DNA from: a virus
DNA length: 64,000 nt
Reading direction: 5' to 3' (one strand)
Virus record (IMG/VR): IMGVR_UViG_3300031857_000105
Span: 1 to 64,000 of that record
Below the pieces are notes generated by a model that searched no databases, was not told where the DNA came from, and saw only the letters and a program-made list of their open reading frames with translations. The number at the start of each line of letters is the position of its first letter. Within the stretch, counting starts at the first letter, position 1. The position numbers were made by a program, and so were the translations under genes. This document shows positions 23,701 through 33,100 of this stretch, one piece after another.

Positions 23701-24067
23701 AGGACTTGAAACTTTAAGTCTTGGCGGAATTGCTGTTGGAAGCCAGAGCACTGTTGTTACACAGTTCTCTACAGATCCAACATTTTCAGGAAATTCAGAT
23801 GCAATTATTCCAACTCAACGAGCAATTAGATCTTACCTAACTGGGCGTTTAAGTCAAGGCGGTGCTAATACATTTACTGGAAATTTAATTGCTGGTACTG
23901 TTTCAGTTGGCGGCCCAAATTTCATTAAATCAACAATTGCAAACGGCTCAACGGGCTCAAGTATTAACATGATCAACAAAGTATACTTTCCAGGTAATTC
24001 AGTAGACGGTAATATCCCTGCTCTCAATATGTTTATTCGCAGCGGAACCAAGCGCGGTAACGTATAA
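14765..24067 (+). CDS. Giant virion fibre/adhesin (3100 aa): N-terminal Trp/Tyr CBM5/12-like repeats, beta-helix segments, LamG domain, propeller-like repeats
   Basis: Repeated W...T.Y..GDVV.yGG..Y.C...H motifs; KTGTYNE.LP......IIGDELRS; LamG at about 21640-22240; W..IAYGN..FVA repeats; paralog of 24115. Confidence 0.75.
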   Translation: MAAEFKIGRLRYNWVGTWTPGTVYSRDDVVLNDGKAYSCLVPNTASANFYTDLNNIFPRWQIVLDGKSWKGPWVSNYSYGVGNIVIFGGKAYISITAHVSSLFESDVANWNVYAEFDGWKPSWTPSTAYGVNDVVKYGGIVYKCIANHSSAGSTSAGLEANQASWQVYYSGVEYKGIWASGFRYKLNDLVKIRANIYICTQYHTSTNTFDDSSFSMWIPGQLSNVVWNPSTVYQVGDAVIHGGDAYISKTANNQNNYPDTDAIRWGFFNVGYTVRNTWSAGPASYAPGDLVTRNGQLYEAVARSTGQDPNTSTVTASYVALGSSSTELNLSSITGITAGMTVSGVGFVSGQRVATVVNETASAEDSTLTNNTITISSFTSKTGTGPYLVTFAIPTQDIVPSANSQFIVAGNSNVLYNGTFAVNSTTTTSITLTYINDPGVYGTGVTTITDTARKVLTLGGTVTGTFRIGMRLPQANNAYIVAGSGTSWIVTTTQILTLQTITATFQGITLSRESDQALTDLQAINFVGINSQYWSLLIPGKQWANRWVSTSQYSVGDVVSYSTGTYVCIKPHTQSNRPDIDTTSTYWVLLIKHDPNNTLNNQGDLRTFANDRPQAVAIGTDTYVLGVDSNLPNWRKLNVVPAVYYVDSYTGVDTPGYGVTWDQPWKTIKYACDTITTGFYFPNAVELVKANKAFIIAEMYQWMLYQMSNNIAPFSADSLWNPYKAQRDAELIVDAILYDLKRGGNSQSVGAAQSFFYTGSQTRLYNSLTKATLPYYTPSLNYLLSLMQSVVANTAVTVSYQTLNNVTPVSVVNQIIINNLTAEANVANNISSLMGIITTALTNENTYLVPSANTGISASIYVKTGTYNEILPIAIPENVSIIGDELRSAVVQPASSKTFYCTQTIAPNSSPSTSNTMIVNSTAGLSNNMPLQFISPFVNNASTTFGGVTSGRTYYVDGNSITSTSLRIKDSPTFTFIATTVVSSNILTNVSNITNLSVGMQLSGPGIPFDAYVYSFNQAINTISTITMCTGYPLAEGYVFVEAYATESGILRTLTSTGNYVQLTNGNGNMTIYAGDCLKDMFLMRNGTTIRNMSLFGLKGTLTANNQYLTARPTGGSYTSLDPGTGPNDTSAWIIRRSPYAQNLTVFGEGAIGIKIDGTLHNGGSKSIVSNDYTMVISDGIGIWCTGPGSITEAISVFSYYAYAGYFAEDGGRIRAANGNSSYGTFGVISEGFDTTETPLTGTINNQSQQVQAEVTSAFGTVDQLLKLNYNNAGSNYFSPATNMLKRSNEFLTTWTNDSYLSFTKNNIAPTGYTEAWLLSGSTTTPGTGYVQQSITINPAGYTYTNIGGTTQDGAPGSGATFDIRVTSTVYVVTVNYSGGSSAQYQTGNNIKILGSVLGGLNGVNDLIIVVGDLTGTGISTISAISGTVPAGSNQNYTLSMFVYDGGTSATLDMQAIFSGTTTVTSGISYNISSKTITPYSGTSITSSANGGTLPVNFKAQKTLVNGWYRVWFSINDSTGVNNTLTFKFFPQGATAPVANTYSIIYGAQLEISDEDYTPRVYLETTTNQFTAYANYQVVGAGAGALLSGDEIRSQSVFNVRVTTDSNGFTGGAGYGSSLNTAADGNLNSIRLAATDQGIFNYLGMRVFIGGGTGAGQYGFVTYYNNSSSVDANGITTKTALIAKETIDPIGVISTTSNATPANNLITLEDQIDISQWYINQAVQFIPTYYTTTVTATSIDTVIATGSLGGTVNTISIPTESLAINMPITFGAGDLNVSPGFIYYITQIDYIGNTIQIATSIAGTAIQLTPVASTSQVVTFPRYSGYIKAPTTNMVPNINIQFTGVALGGVALGTTYYISDIIDADNFTVSANKTILTSTESIGGSTNTIEANTISLVPCNTVVFSGTIFDAAISPGVIYYISNIVDAGSFNITTSIIRTSVTSTTFGTNLIEITDTTGFVVGQPIIFSGILPGTTFGNIQAETVYYILTINAVNNTITISTDKTNTFTLTTRAGLIQARTCPEPISLGGGTGSMTVTSTGTRVVVTHSVGNISTMNGTFSTSLYGGLNSYTVYYITSISTAGLNPTITVSTTQTGTPLILTTGVGNMQLVASGWDHINPGTPTVPTDSTSSYFIEPKVTFTDPTWSQTVGSVNTPLTGGATFISLAAGNNRWLGLPTSGAVGATSTNGTSWTAITLPTGISSWSDITYGNNYWVALGKQAGGGGPLTSVAAYSNSNGLGWRTVAFPTNGNYHKICYGNGTFIAISSDSHRAVYSTNHGLNWTQSYLPSSTPITQTGAPVISTAQFKFGVSSLYLDGSSHIDVASDPKFTYSSEDFTVECFVRPTSLTGTQVVIDQRTSANEASIYVDVSATGAVRLYVLGSYQITSTTLITAGAWSHIAVSRTSGVTRLFVNGTVQGTTYTDANVYAEKPVAIGASFSASNRFTGYIDEVRISRGVGRYTATFTPTVQEFDSDDNTMLLMHFNDLNNSTNIASTIGTWVSIAYGNGVFVAINSNGQTGWSVDGATWNSSTLPTSNTLLSGVTILGGGGTFQCTTTTTLLVIGQSVRISGIKSGDGTIKNGTYYISATNGKSSFTLSANLQNALSGTNPITTGAGTTTGLTFEVGVASYTGIAYGNNKFVAVQTGYGLETAVSFDGVNWIQSLNYMSATMVKYGQGVFLALNSTGSTSYASEHGLLWKKRTLTYGSINASMFGHNSSNVGYFVTLTGTGESEGNATVISEGARAQGRPSLNSGVINGITLWETGSNYSVPPTVTLTDYNVSVTATVNPRISNGTLSNPTFVNRGTGYNTTSTVVSVTGDGFADTFQIGLQLIVNNLSTIPVIGSNIQILNNSQVYKVTNAEAVFGTSAPFIQANIQVSPEITNALSPVHNTPVTFRQLYSQCRLTNHDFLLVGTGNKALTNYPFTDPTTAKIENQAVETNQGHVFYTSTDENGNFQVGSLFGVQQATGTVTLSATQFGLTGLETLSLGGIAVGSQSTVVTQFSTDPTFSGNSDAIIPTQRAIRSYLTGRLSQGGANTFTGNLIAGTVSVGGPNFIKSTIANGSTGSSINMINKVYFPGNSVDGNIPALNMFIRSGTKRGNV

Positions 24068-24088
24068 AACCGTAGAAATATAAAAAGA

Positions 24089-24094
24089 TAAATA
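24089..24094 (+). promoter_or_regulatory. Late promoter core TAAATA
   Basis: gaTAAATAct in the 47-nt gap before 24115; SD GAGGA follows. Confidence 0.7.
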
Positions 24095-24114
24095 CTATCA
24101 GAGGATGACAAAAA

Positions 24115-27100
24115 ATGGCAGAATTTAAATTAGGTAGAATTAAATTTGTGTACCGAGGTACATGGACAGCGAATCGTAGCTATAACGTTGACGATGTTGT
24201 TACAAACGGCGGAAAAACCTACATTTGTGTAATAGGTCATACTTCAACAAACACAACGGCCGGATTTGCTACCGACCTAGCAGGTGGTGTTGGAATTACT
24301 AAATGGAATCTAATTGCTGACGGCACAACATGGCGCAATAATTGGGCATCAACTACCTATTATAATTTAGGGGATATTGTCCTATGGGGTGGAACTGTAT
24401 ACGTTTGTAAAACCGCTCATACTAGCCAAGTATATTTAGAAGACGATCAAAGTAAATGGGATTTGTTTTCTGCAGGATTTAAATGGTTAGGCGCTTGGGC
24501 TACTAGTACACGATATAAAGTTCGTGATTTTGTCTATTATGGTGGTAGTACTTACGTTTGTAATACACAGCATACTTCTGCGTCAACAAATGCATCCGGT
24601 CTAGAAAATGACATTAGCAAATGGGATATATTTAACCAAGGCGTTACGTATCTTGGCAACTGGAGTGGAAGCAGTGTAAGATATAAATTAAATGATGTTG
24701 TTAAATTTGGCGCCGACTTATGGATTTGTACCGCATATCATACATCAACTGGCACAAGCATTGATACTGGTAATTTTGCAACATTTGTAAACGGCTTTGA
24801 ATTTGAAGGGTCTTGGAGTGCCTCTAATGAATACCAAGAAGGCGATGTTGTAACCTATGGTGGTTACACTTATACTGCTATACAAAATAGTGGAGCTAGT
24901 GACCCAAAGACTCCAAGTACACAAACAGCATATTGGAAAGTATTTACATCTGGTTTAGTATATGCTGGCGAATGGAATTCTAGTACATCATATCTAATTG
25001 GTAATGTTGTAACATTGGGTAGTTATACTTATGTAGCCACCGCTGACAACGCTGCATCAAAGCCGCCTACTTTAACAGCTACATTCACAGGTAGCATTAC
25101 TGGAACAGCATTGACAACTTCAGCACCAACCGGCACAATTACCGTTGGTATGACAATAACCGGTGGTACAGTTTCTGCAGGAACTACTATTGTTTCAGGC
25201 AGTGGAAGTAGTTGGGTAGTTAACAACAGTCAAGCAGTGTCTAGTGCTTCTTTAACAGGCATCATTACAAATCCAAACTGGGGACAATTAAGTTCTGGTA
25301 TTCGTTGGGCAGCGGCACCGAACACAACATATACAAACGTTGCTAGTAGTAATCTTATTGCAACAGGTAGTGGTAGCCCAACATTCACAGTAACACGATC
25401 TAGTACAAATTACTCCGTAGTAATTGGCAGTACAGCTGGCACAGGTTATACAGTTAATGACACATTAAAAATTCTAGGTAACGTTTTAGGAGGCGCAACT
25501 CCAGGTAACGACTTAGTAGTTAAGGTTGCAACTATTACAGGCGGCGGCGCAACCGGGCCAATAGGCACCGTTACAGTAGTTACTGGATATGCATCAACAT
25601 GGAAAACTGGTATAACCTATGTTATAGGCGATGCAGTCTACTATGGAAATAGTAGTTATATTTGCATTAGTGCTCATATTGGCTCTACTAGCGTTAATGA
25701 TCCTATTAGCGATACAACTGCCACTTACTGGAATATTTTAGCTAGTGGCGCTGATAGCGGAGCACTAACTACTCAAGGCGACATGGTATATTATGGCGTC
25801 AATGGCCCAACACGCTTACCTATTGGTTCAGATGGCCAAGTACTACGTGTCGATGGCAATCAGCCAAGTTGGAAATATTATGGTGAGTTACAAAATATTG
25901 TATATGTTGCATCTAGCGGAACAGACGCTATTGGTAACGGACAAGGGTTAACTTTAGACAAGCCATGGAAGACTGTGGGATATGCTTGTAAACAAGTTGA
26001 AGACGGATATCAAAATAGAAATGCCGGATTAATTCTTCAAATTAACAAACAGTTCATGATGAAAGAAGTTAATAATTATATATTAACTCAATATTCTTTT
26101 AATGTAACTGGAACAGCATCATCAGGCAATACTTTTGTAACTGGCGGAACAAGCACAACAAGTCAGGTAACTACTGCCAGCATGTACTACGGTATGCCTA
26201 TTACATTTAGCGCAGCAACAGGTGGTATAACAGTAGGCACAACTTATTATGTTAACACTATACCTAACAGTACTACTTTTACAATTAGTGATGCATATCA
26301 AAGCGGTATAACTAAAACAGTTGGATCAAGTAGTGCAGTTGCTTCTACAGCAAGTTTTGCCTATGTTCAAAGCAAAGCAGAAAGAGACACTGGCACTGTA
26401 ATTGATGGAATTGTATTTGATTTAACGCATGGCGGAAATTTATATACAATTACTGCTACTCAAGCGTATTTTAGCACTCTTACTTCGTATATTACAACTG
26501 GTACAAGACAACAGGCTCCTGTTTTTGCAGGCGCTTTAAGCTACCTTAAGGACATATTATTTCCTGCGGTAATGTCAAATTCTGCACCGGCTAATAACTA
26601 TCAAACTATAAGAAGTATTAGTGTTGGTGACAGAGCAATTCAAAATATATCTGGAGTTACAACATCAGATGTAGAGTCCGGAAGTGTTGCTAGAATACAA
26701 TCATTGTTGGGTGTTATAACAACTTCATTGTCTACAGGAACATATGGCAATGCCCCATTACTCAACAGACCAAACACTACTATCTATTTAAAAACTGGCA
26801 CATATAACGAATATGGTCCTATTGTAGTTCCTCAAGATACTGCAATTGTAGGAGATGAACTGCGTAGTACTATTGTACAAGTTGCGGGCCCCGCAACTTA
26901 TTTAGGTACTGATAAGCCAAAAACTGCTGCAGCATTAAATCGTTTAAAGACATTATTACCTGATTTAATTTCGAATACACCAATAACACCAACTACAACA
27001 GGTACACTATTTCCTAATACAAAAACACAGGTAACTAATTTGCCTGTAGGTGATACTGGAAATACTACAGCAGTTAATCTTGTAGTTAATAATACTAAGA

Positions 27101-30100
27101 TCGTTCAGGACATGTTTAGTGCCGGTGGAGTCATCACAGGCCCAACTAATCCCAACTATCCTAACGGCTTACCATACGAACCGGCAATTAGCACCCCAGC
27201 AGTCACCGGATATAACACATCGTATCTAGCAAATTACGGCGACGGTGTAACATTAATTCGAGCTAACTATCAATATATTAAAGATGAAATAGTAGCTTTC
27301 TTAAACACTGATCCTACCTTAACTGGAGCAGAGCAGTGGGTAAATTACAGTTCCACTTATCAAGCAGAAACAAAACGTGATTTAGGATTCATTCTTGACG
27401 CAATCTGCTACGATATGACATACGGTAGTAACAGTCAATCGTTAATTGTTGGAAGTTCATACTATAGCCTAAATACTCCTCAACTTTTTGCACCGTACTT
27501 AGCTGGCGTGTTAAGTTCGTTAAACCGTTTATCAACAGTTATTGGACAAATTGTTACCAAGGCAAACGTTACAGAAAGTGTTGGAAATACAACTACGCAA
27601 AATATAACTGGCACAGCTGGATCAGCAGCCGCGGCAGCGTTTGCTCAAGCTCGTGTAGCAGATATTTTATATTGGATTAACAACGGCACGCCTGATACCT
27701 CAGCGGCAACATTTACAGGATCAACAAGCGGCACAACACTAACGGTTAGTGGTGTAAGCGGAACTATTAAGATTGGACAAATTGTTACCGGTGGAACTAT
27801 TGCCGCTGGTACGTATATTACAGCAGGTTCTGGAACAAGTTGGACTATCAGCGTAAGCCAGTCGGCTACTGCTACCGGGTCCACACTAGATATTACTCCA
27901 ATAACATCTGGAGCATACGCATTAGCGTCAACTGCAAATAAAGCATCCTTTGATGCAGTGCAGGCACGTGCCGCAGAAATTGCTGCAGATGCTACTTCAT
28001 GGGTTGCTAAATTCTTCCAGAATGAAAGTCCAATTGTATCTTTAACTACAAGGGATGCTGGATACGTTGTACAAGCTCTGGCATACGATTTACTATTTGG
28101 CAGTAATTTTTACAGTATTCAAACTGGCAGATCTTATAACAGACTAGTTTCTTCTGTTGCAACATTGCATAGTAGTCTTGCAGATTCAACATATGGAGCA
28201 ATTGGCTTTGTTGGCGAGCGTGTTAAAATACTTGCATCTAATGGTGCAGTTGTACAAACTAATACAGTTATTGACGAAATGGTTGCACAAATTTACGGAC
28301 AACCTACAAATACAGCTACATTTAATGGTACCATTAATGGTACACAGTTAGTAGTTAACAGCGCAGTTACTGGTACTATTGCGGTAGGTATGCAATTAAC
28401 AGGCACAGGAATTGCACCAGGAACATCGATTATTTCTGGAAGTGGAACAACTTGGTTATTAAATTATAATCAGTCAGTGAGCTCAACTACAACTACAATT
28501 GTTAATGTTAGCACAACTGTTACTTTAAACGGTCAAACATTCTCAAACATCCTTACTGCGGGTACAACTGAAGGGTTTGTACCAGGATTAGCAATTACAA
28601 TTACTGGCGCACTAATCAGCAACTTAGTTGCTTGTACTTACTATATTAAACAAGTATTAAGTTCAACTCAGTTTACAGTTAGTGAATCTTATTTAGGTTC
28701 AACATTTGTTATTAACAGCAATGCTACTGGCGCTATGACAGCAGTTGTATATGGTATCTATAGCGGTCTTGGTTTAACAACAGATATTACAGCAAGCGGC
28801 ACCGCTATTCCTGTAACAACTGCAACTACAAGTACAAACCTAATTACTATTACTAGCAATGCAGGTATGATTGTTGACATGCCGATTGTATTCACAGGAT
28901 TGCCTGCAAATATTACTACGACTGCAACAGATATTACAAGTAGTAGCATCACATTAGGTGCAACAGTAAGTTCACTTGGTGTAGTAGTTGGACAAAAAGT
29001 TTGGTTTACTGGATTTACTCCACAAGCAACTGGTACAAGTTCTTCGATAGTTTCTAATCAAGTTTATTATGTTAAAACTGCAAGTGCTAGTGAAATTACT
29101 ATTGCTGCAACACTTGGCGGAACTGCATTAACACTAGCTAATGCTACTGGGTTATCTTTAACTGCAACTTTCAATACCGCCGGCGGGTTAGTAAATGGTC
29201 TCCAGTATTGGATTAATAGTGTAACAGTTGGAACATATCCGGCGGCCGGCACAACCATCACTGTTACTGAATCATACAAGAGTGGAACTGCTTTTGTAAT
29301 AACTGACACTGTCTCTGGCATGTCAGCAACGGCGCAAGTTGGAATGGCTACTGATCAAGGTATTAATCAAAAAATTACCAACGGTACTGTTGCACCGTGG
29401 AATAACCCAACTGGTACTTATAAATCAACTAATGGTTATAACAACACTCTAAGTACTATAAACGGTGCTGAAATTATTCGTGCTAATAAGAATTTCTTAG
29501 CCAATGAATTAGTAGCTTATATATTATCTCAATATGTTGCTACTGTAACTACTACAGCGCAAGACGGAACTATTACCTGTAGCGGAGCACACAATTTAAT
29601 CGTAGGAGATCCAGTAGTATTCTCAGGAACAATATTTGACGGTCAAATTTTTGCAGAAATAGTATACTGGGTGTTATCAACACCAACAACAAATACATTT
29701 ACTATCACAATTACTCAACCTGGAAAAGGACCACAACTTGTAAAAACTTTAGCAGGTGCATCTGGTTCAATGACTGTAAGCTATTACATGACTCCAACTA
29801 AGTGCATACGCGATGCTGAATCATATATTGAGGGACTAGTATACGACTTAACAGTTACAGGAAACTATAAAGCAACACGATTTGTACAGTTATACCTATC
29901 AGCACAAGCTGGATCAATAACAAATAACTTGTTCCATTTAAGAAACGGTACTGGTCTACGCAACATGACATTAAATGGCATGACTGGTGCATTAACATTG
30001 CCTAATGCGCTAGGAACTCGCAGACCTACAGCAGGATCATATTCTAGTTTAGATGTAGGATTTGGCCCAACAGACTCAAGCGTGTGGATCAGCGTAAGAT

Positions 30101-33100
30101 CCCCATACACACAAAACTTAACATTGTTTGGTAGTGGATGTAGCGGCATGAAGATTGACGCAGCCTTACACAGCGGCGGCAACAAATCTATTGTTGCCAA
30201 CGATTACACAACTATCATCAGTGACGGGTTTGGAGTATGGTGTACTGGATCTAATGCATTAACAGAACTTGTTTCAGTATTTGCATATTATTCATACGCA
30301 GGTTATATGGCAGAATATGGTGGACGTATCCGTGCTACTAACGGTAACAGTTCATACGGTACATACGGTGTTATTGCCGAAGGTATTGACTCGTACGAAA
30401 TTCCATTATACGGTAGACTAAACAACCGTGCTAATCCTGCATACGTTACTAATGTTGTAACAGATGGTACTGATGAAATTCTTCGAATAGAATTTGAAAA
30501 CGCAGGTAGTCATTATTCAAATGCAATTCCTACAGTTAACGGTGCTGGATATAATATTGTAACAATACAGGATGAGTTCCGTGACTCGTCAGTATTTGAA
30601 ACACGCCTAGTTGATTTAAACAACGGTCAAGGCATTGGCGGAAGCAATTATTTAACAGCGAGCAACGTAGCGCAAACCGGCACGGTTGGAACAATTACTA
30701 TTGCTAACTCTGATATTCAATTAAGTTCAGCTTATGTAGGTATGAGAATACAACTTATAGCTGGTACAGGTGTTGGACAGTTTGCAAACATTATTGGATA
30801 CGCACAAAGTAGCAAACTTGCTAACATAATTCGTCCAAATTTTGCAACGTTAACTATTACAACAAATAATACTACCGTATTCACGGTGGCTAGCACGGCA
30901 ACTATGTATGTAGGACAACCAATTTATCTTGGTGCAGCAATTGGTGGATTAAACACAGAAACAGTATATTACGTAAGTACAACAAGTTTCTCTAGTACAC
31001 AGTTTAGAGTAAGTACAACAGCAGTAGGTGCTGCTGCAGGCACAGGCAACGTATCGTTGACAGCTACTAGTGCAACACCAGCAGTAACAACAGCATCAAT
31101 TATTGTTGGAACTACATTAACTGTAGGAACATTATCTTCCGGTGTAATCTATCCAGGTATGTTATTGAGTGGTGGTTCAGTATTACCTAATACATATATT
31201 GTTGCTAACATTAGTGGCTCAGGAGCTGGCTCGACATGGACTGTTAGTGTAAGTCAGAATTTATCAAGTACAGCATTAACTGGTACCGTAAGTGTTCCTG
31301 TATACGAAGCAGGATGGGATCATGTTGTTCCAGGAACAACAATACAGCCGCTATTAGATGCTACATCTGGTTATATTATTGAACCTGCATTGTCATTCAC
31401 TGCTCCTGGATTTACTAGCACAGCAATCACCATGACTGCTGCCGCAGCTACTACATGGGCTGGATTAGCTTTTGGGCAAGGCACTTTTGTTGCTACATCA
31501 AATGCTACAGGAGTTACATCAACAGCAAAAACTACAGATGGTATAACATGGGCCGCCGGCGGCGCACTACCAACAGATGCAAGTGCAACATGGAGTGCTG
31601 TTGAATACGGCGGCGGACAAAATGCAACAGCGACGGCAATAGTAGGTGGTATTGGTGGATCTGGAGCAATACTAACAGCAGTTCTTGGTTCTGGAAACAC
31701 CGCAGGACAAATTATTGGTATTACTGTAGTGAACGGTGGATATAATTATACAACACCGCCAACTATAGTTATTACAGATGCAACAGGTGCTGGCGCAACG
31801 GCTACAGCTAGAGTACTAAACGGTTCTATTCGAGCAGTAGATATGATTATCACAGGTAGTTTGTACGCAAATCCAATTATTACTGTGGTAACTAGTAGCA
31901 TATCAAGTATTACTGCTGCAACTTGGGGCAGTGGATATTACGCCGCTCCAATTGTAACAATTGAACCACCTTTTACAGCTACAGGATGGAGTTCAGGCGG
32001 AGCAGTAACAGCCGGAAATTATTATTCAGCAGTTGATAATACAGTTAGTCCAAACGTAACTAACTATTATCTTGCTAGTGGCTCTGGAACAACTTTTAGT
32101 ACAACTAAACCTACATTTACAAATGCAGTTTACGGTAAATCAGGGTTTGGTGCACCAGGTGTATTCAGCACAGGGTTTGGAACCAATGTAACATTAACTT
32201 ATGTCGGTACCCTACCAGTTGCTACTGCTAATACAAACACTAACGCGGCTGGATATGGTGTAATAAGTTATACTGTTAGCCAGACTGGTTATGGTTATGC
32301 AACCACACCAACAATAACAGTAACCGATCCAAATGCGGCATTTTTGGCTATTTCTACAGCAACATCATCTGCAGCATACAGTACTGACCAGGGCGCAAAC
32401 TGGTCAGCTACTGGCGGTACCACTGGCAAAACTAATCTTAATGCATTAGCATATGGTAATAATCTATATCTAGCAGTTGGTGGAACCAGTTCAGCTTCAG
32501 CAGTATCGTTAAGTGGTAGTTTAACAGGTACATGGTCCGACAGATCAGCTGACATCACAACAAATTCATCAGGATATAGTGCAATAGCATATGGTGCCGG
32601 TGTATTCTGTGCAATTGGCGGAACTGTAAGTTCGTTCACCGCGGCAGATCCAACAAAGTGGTATGTAGGTGATTCTTTAACAAGTAAAACTTGGGTAGAT
32701 ATTGCATACGGCAATGGACGATTTGTTGCATTGGCCAGTGATGGCACTTTACAATATACTGTTAACTGGCAAACAAAGAACTGGACAACAGGCCCATTTG
32801 CAGCCAACAACACATGGCAAACAGTTTCAAACAATCCATTAAGTGCTAACGGTGTAACAACATGGAAAAACATTAGTTACGGTCAGGGCTTATTTGTTGC
32901 AGTAGCAACATCAAGCCAAGCAGTAGCAATAAGCCCAGATGGATTAAACTGGACTTACTACGCAACCGGCATGCCGAGTTCGAGCAACTGGACTGGTTTA
33001 ACATTTGGTAATCCTATAGATGCTACACTAGGAAGTGTTCCAACATGGGTAGCTGTGTCTAATACTAGCGGAAAAATTTCTACTAGAATTCAAACTGGTG

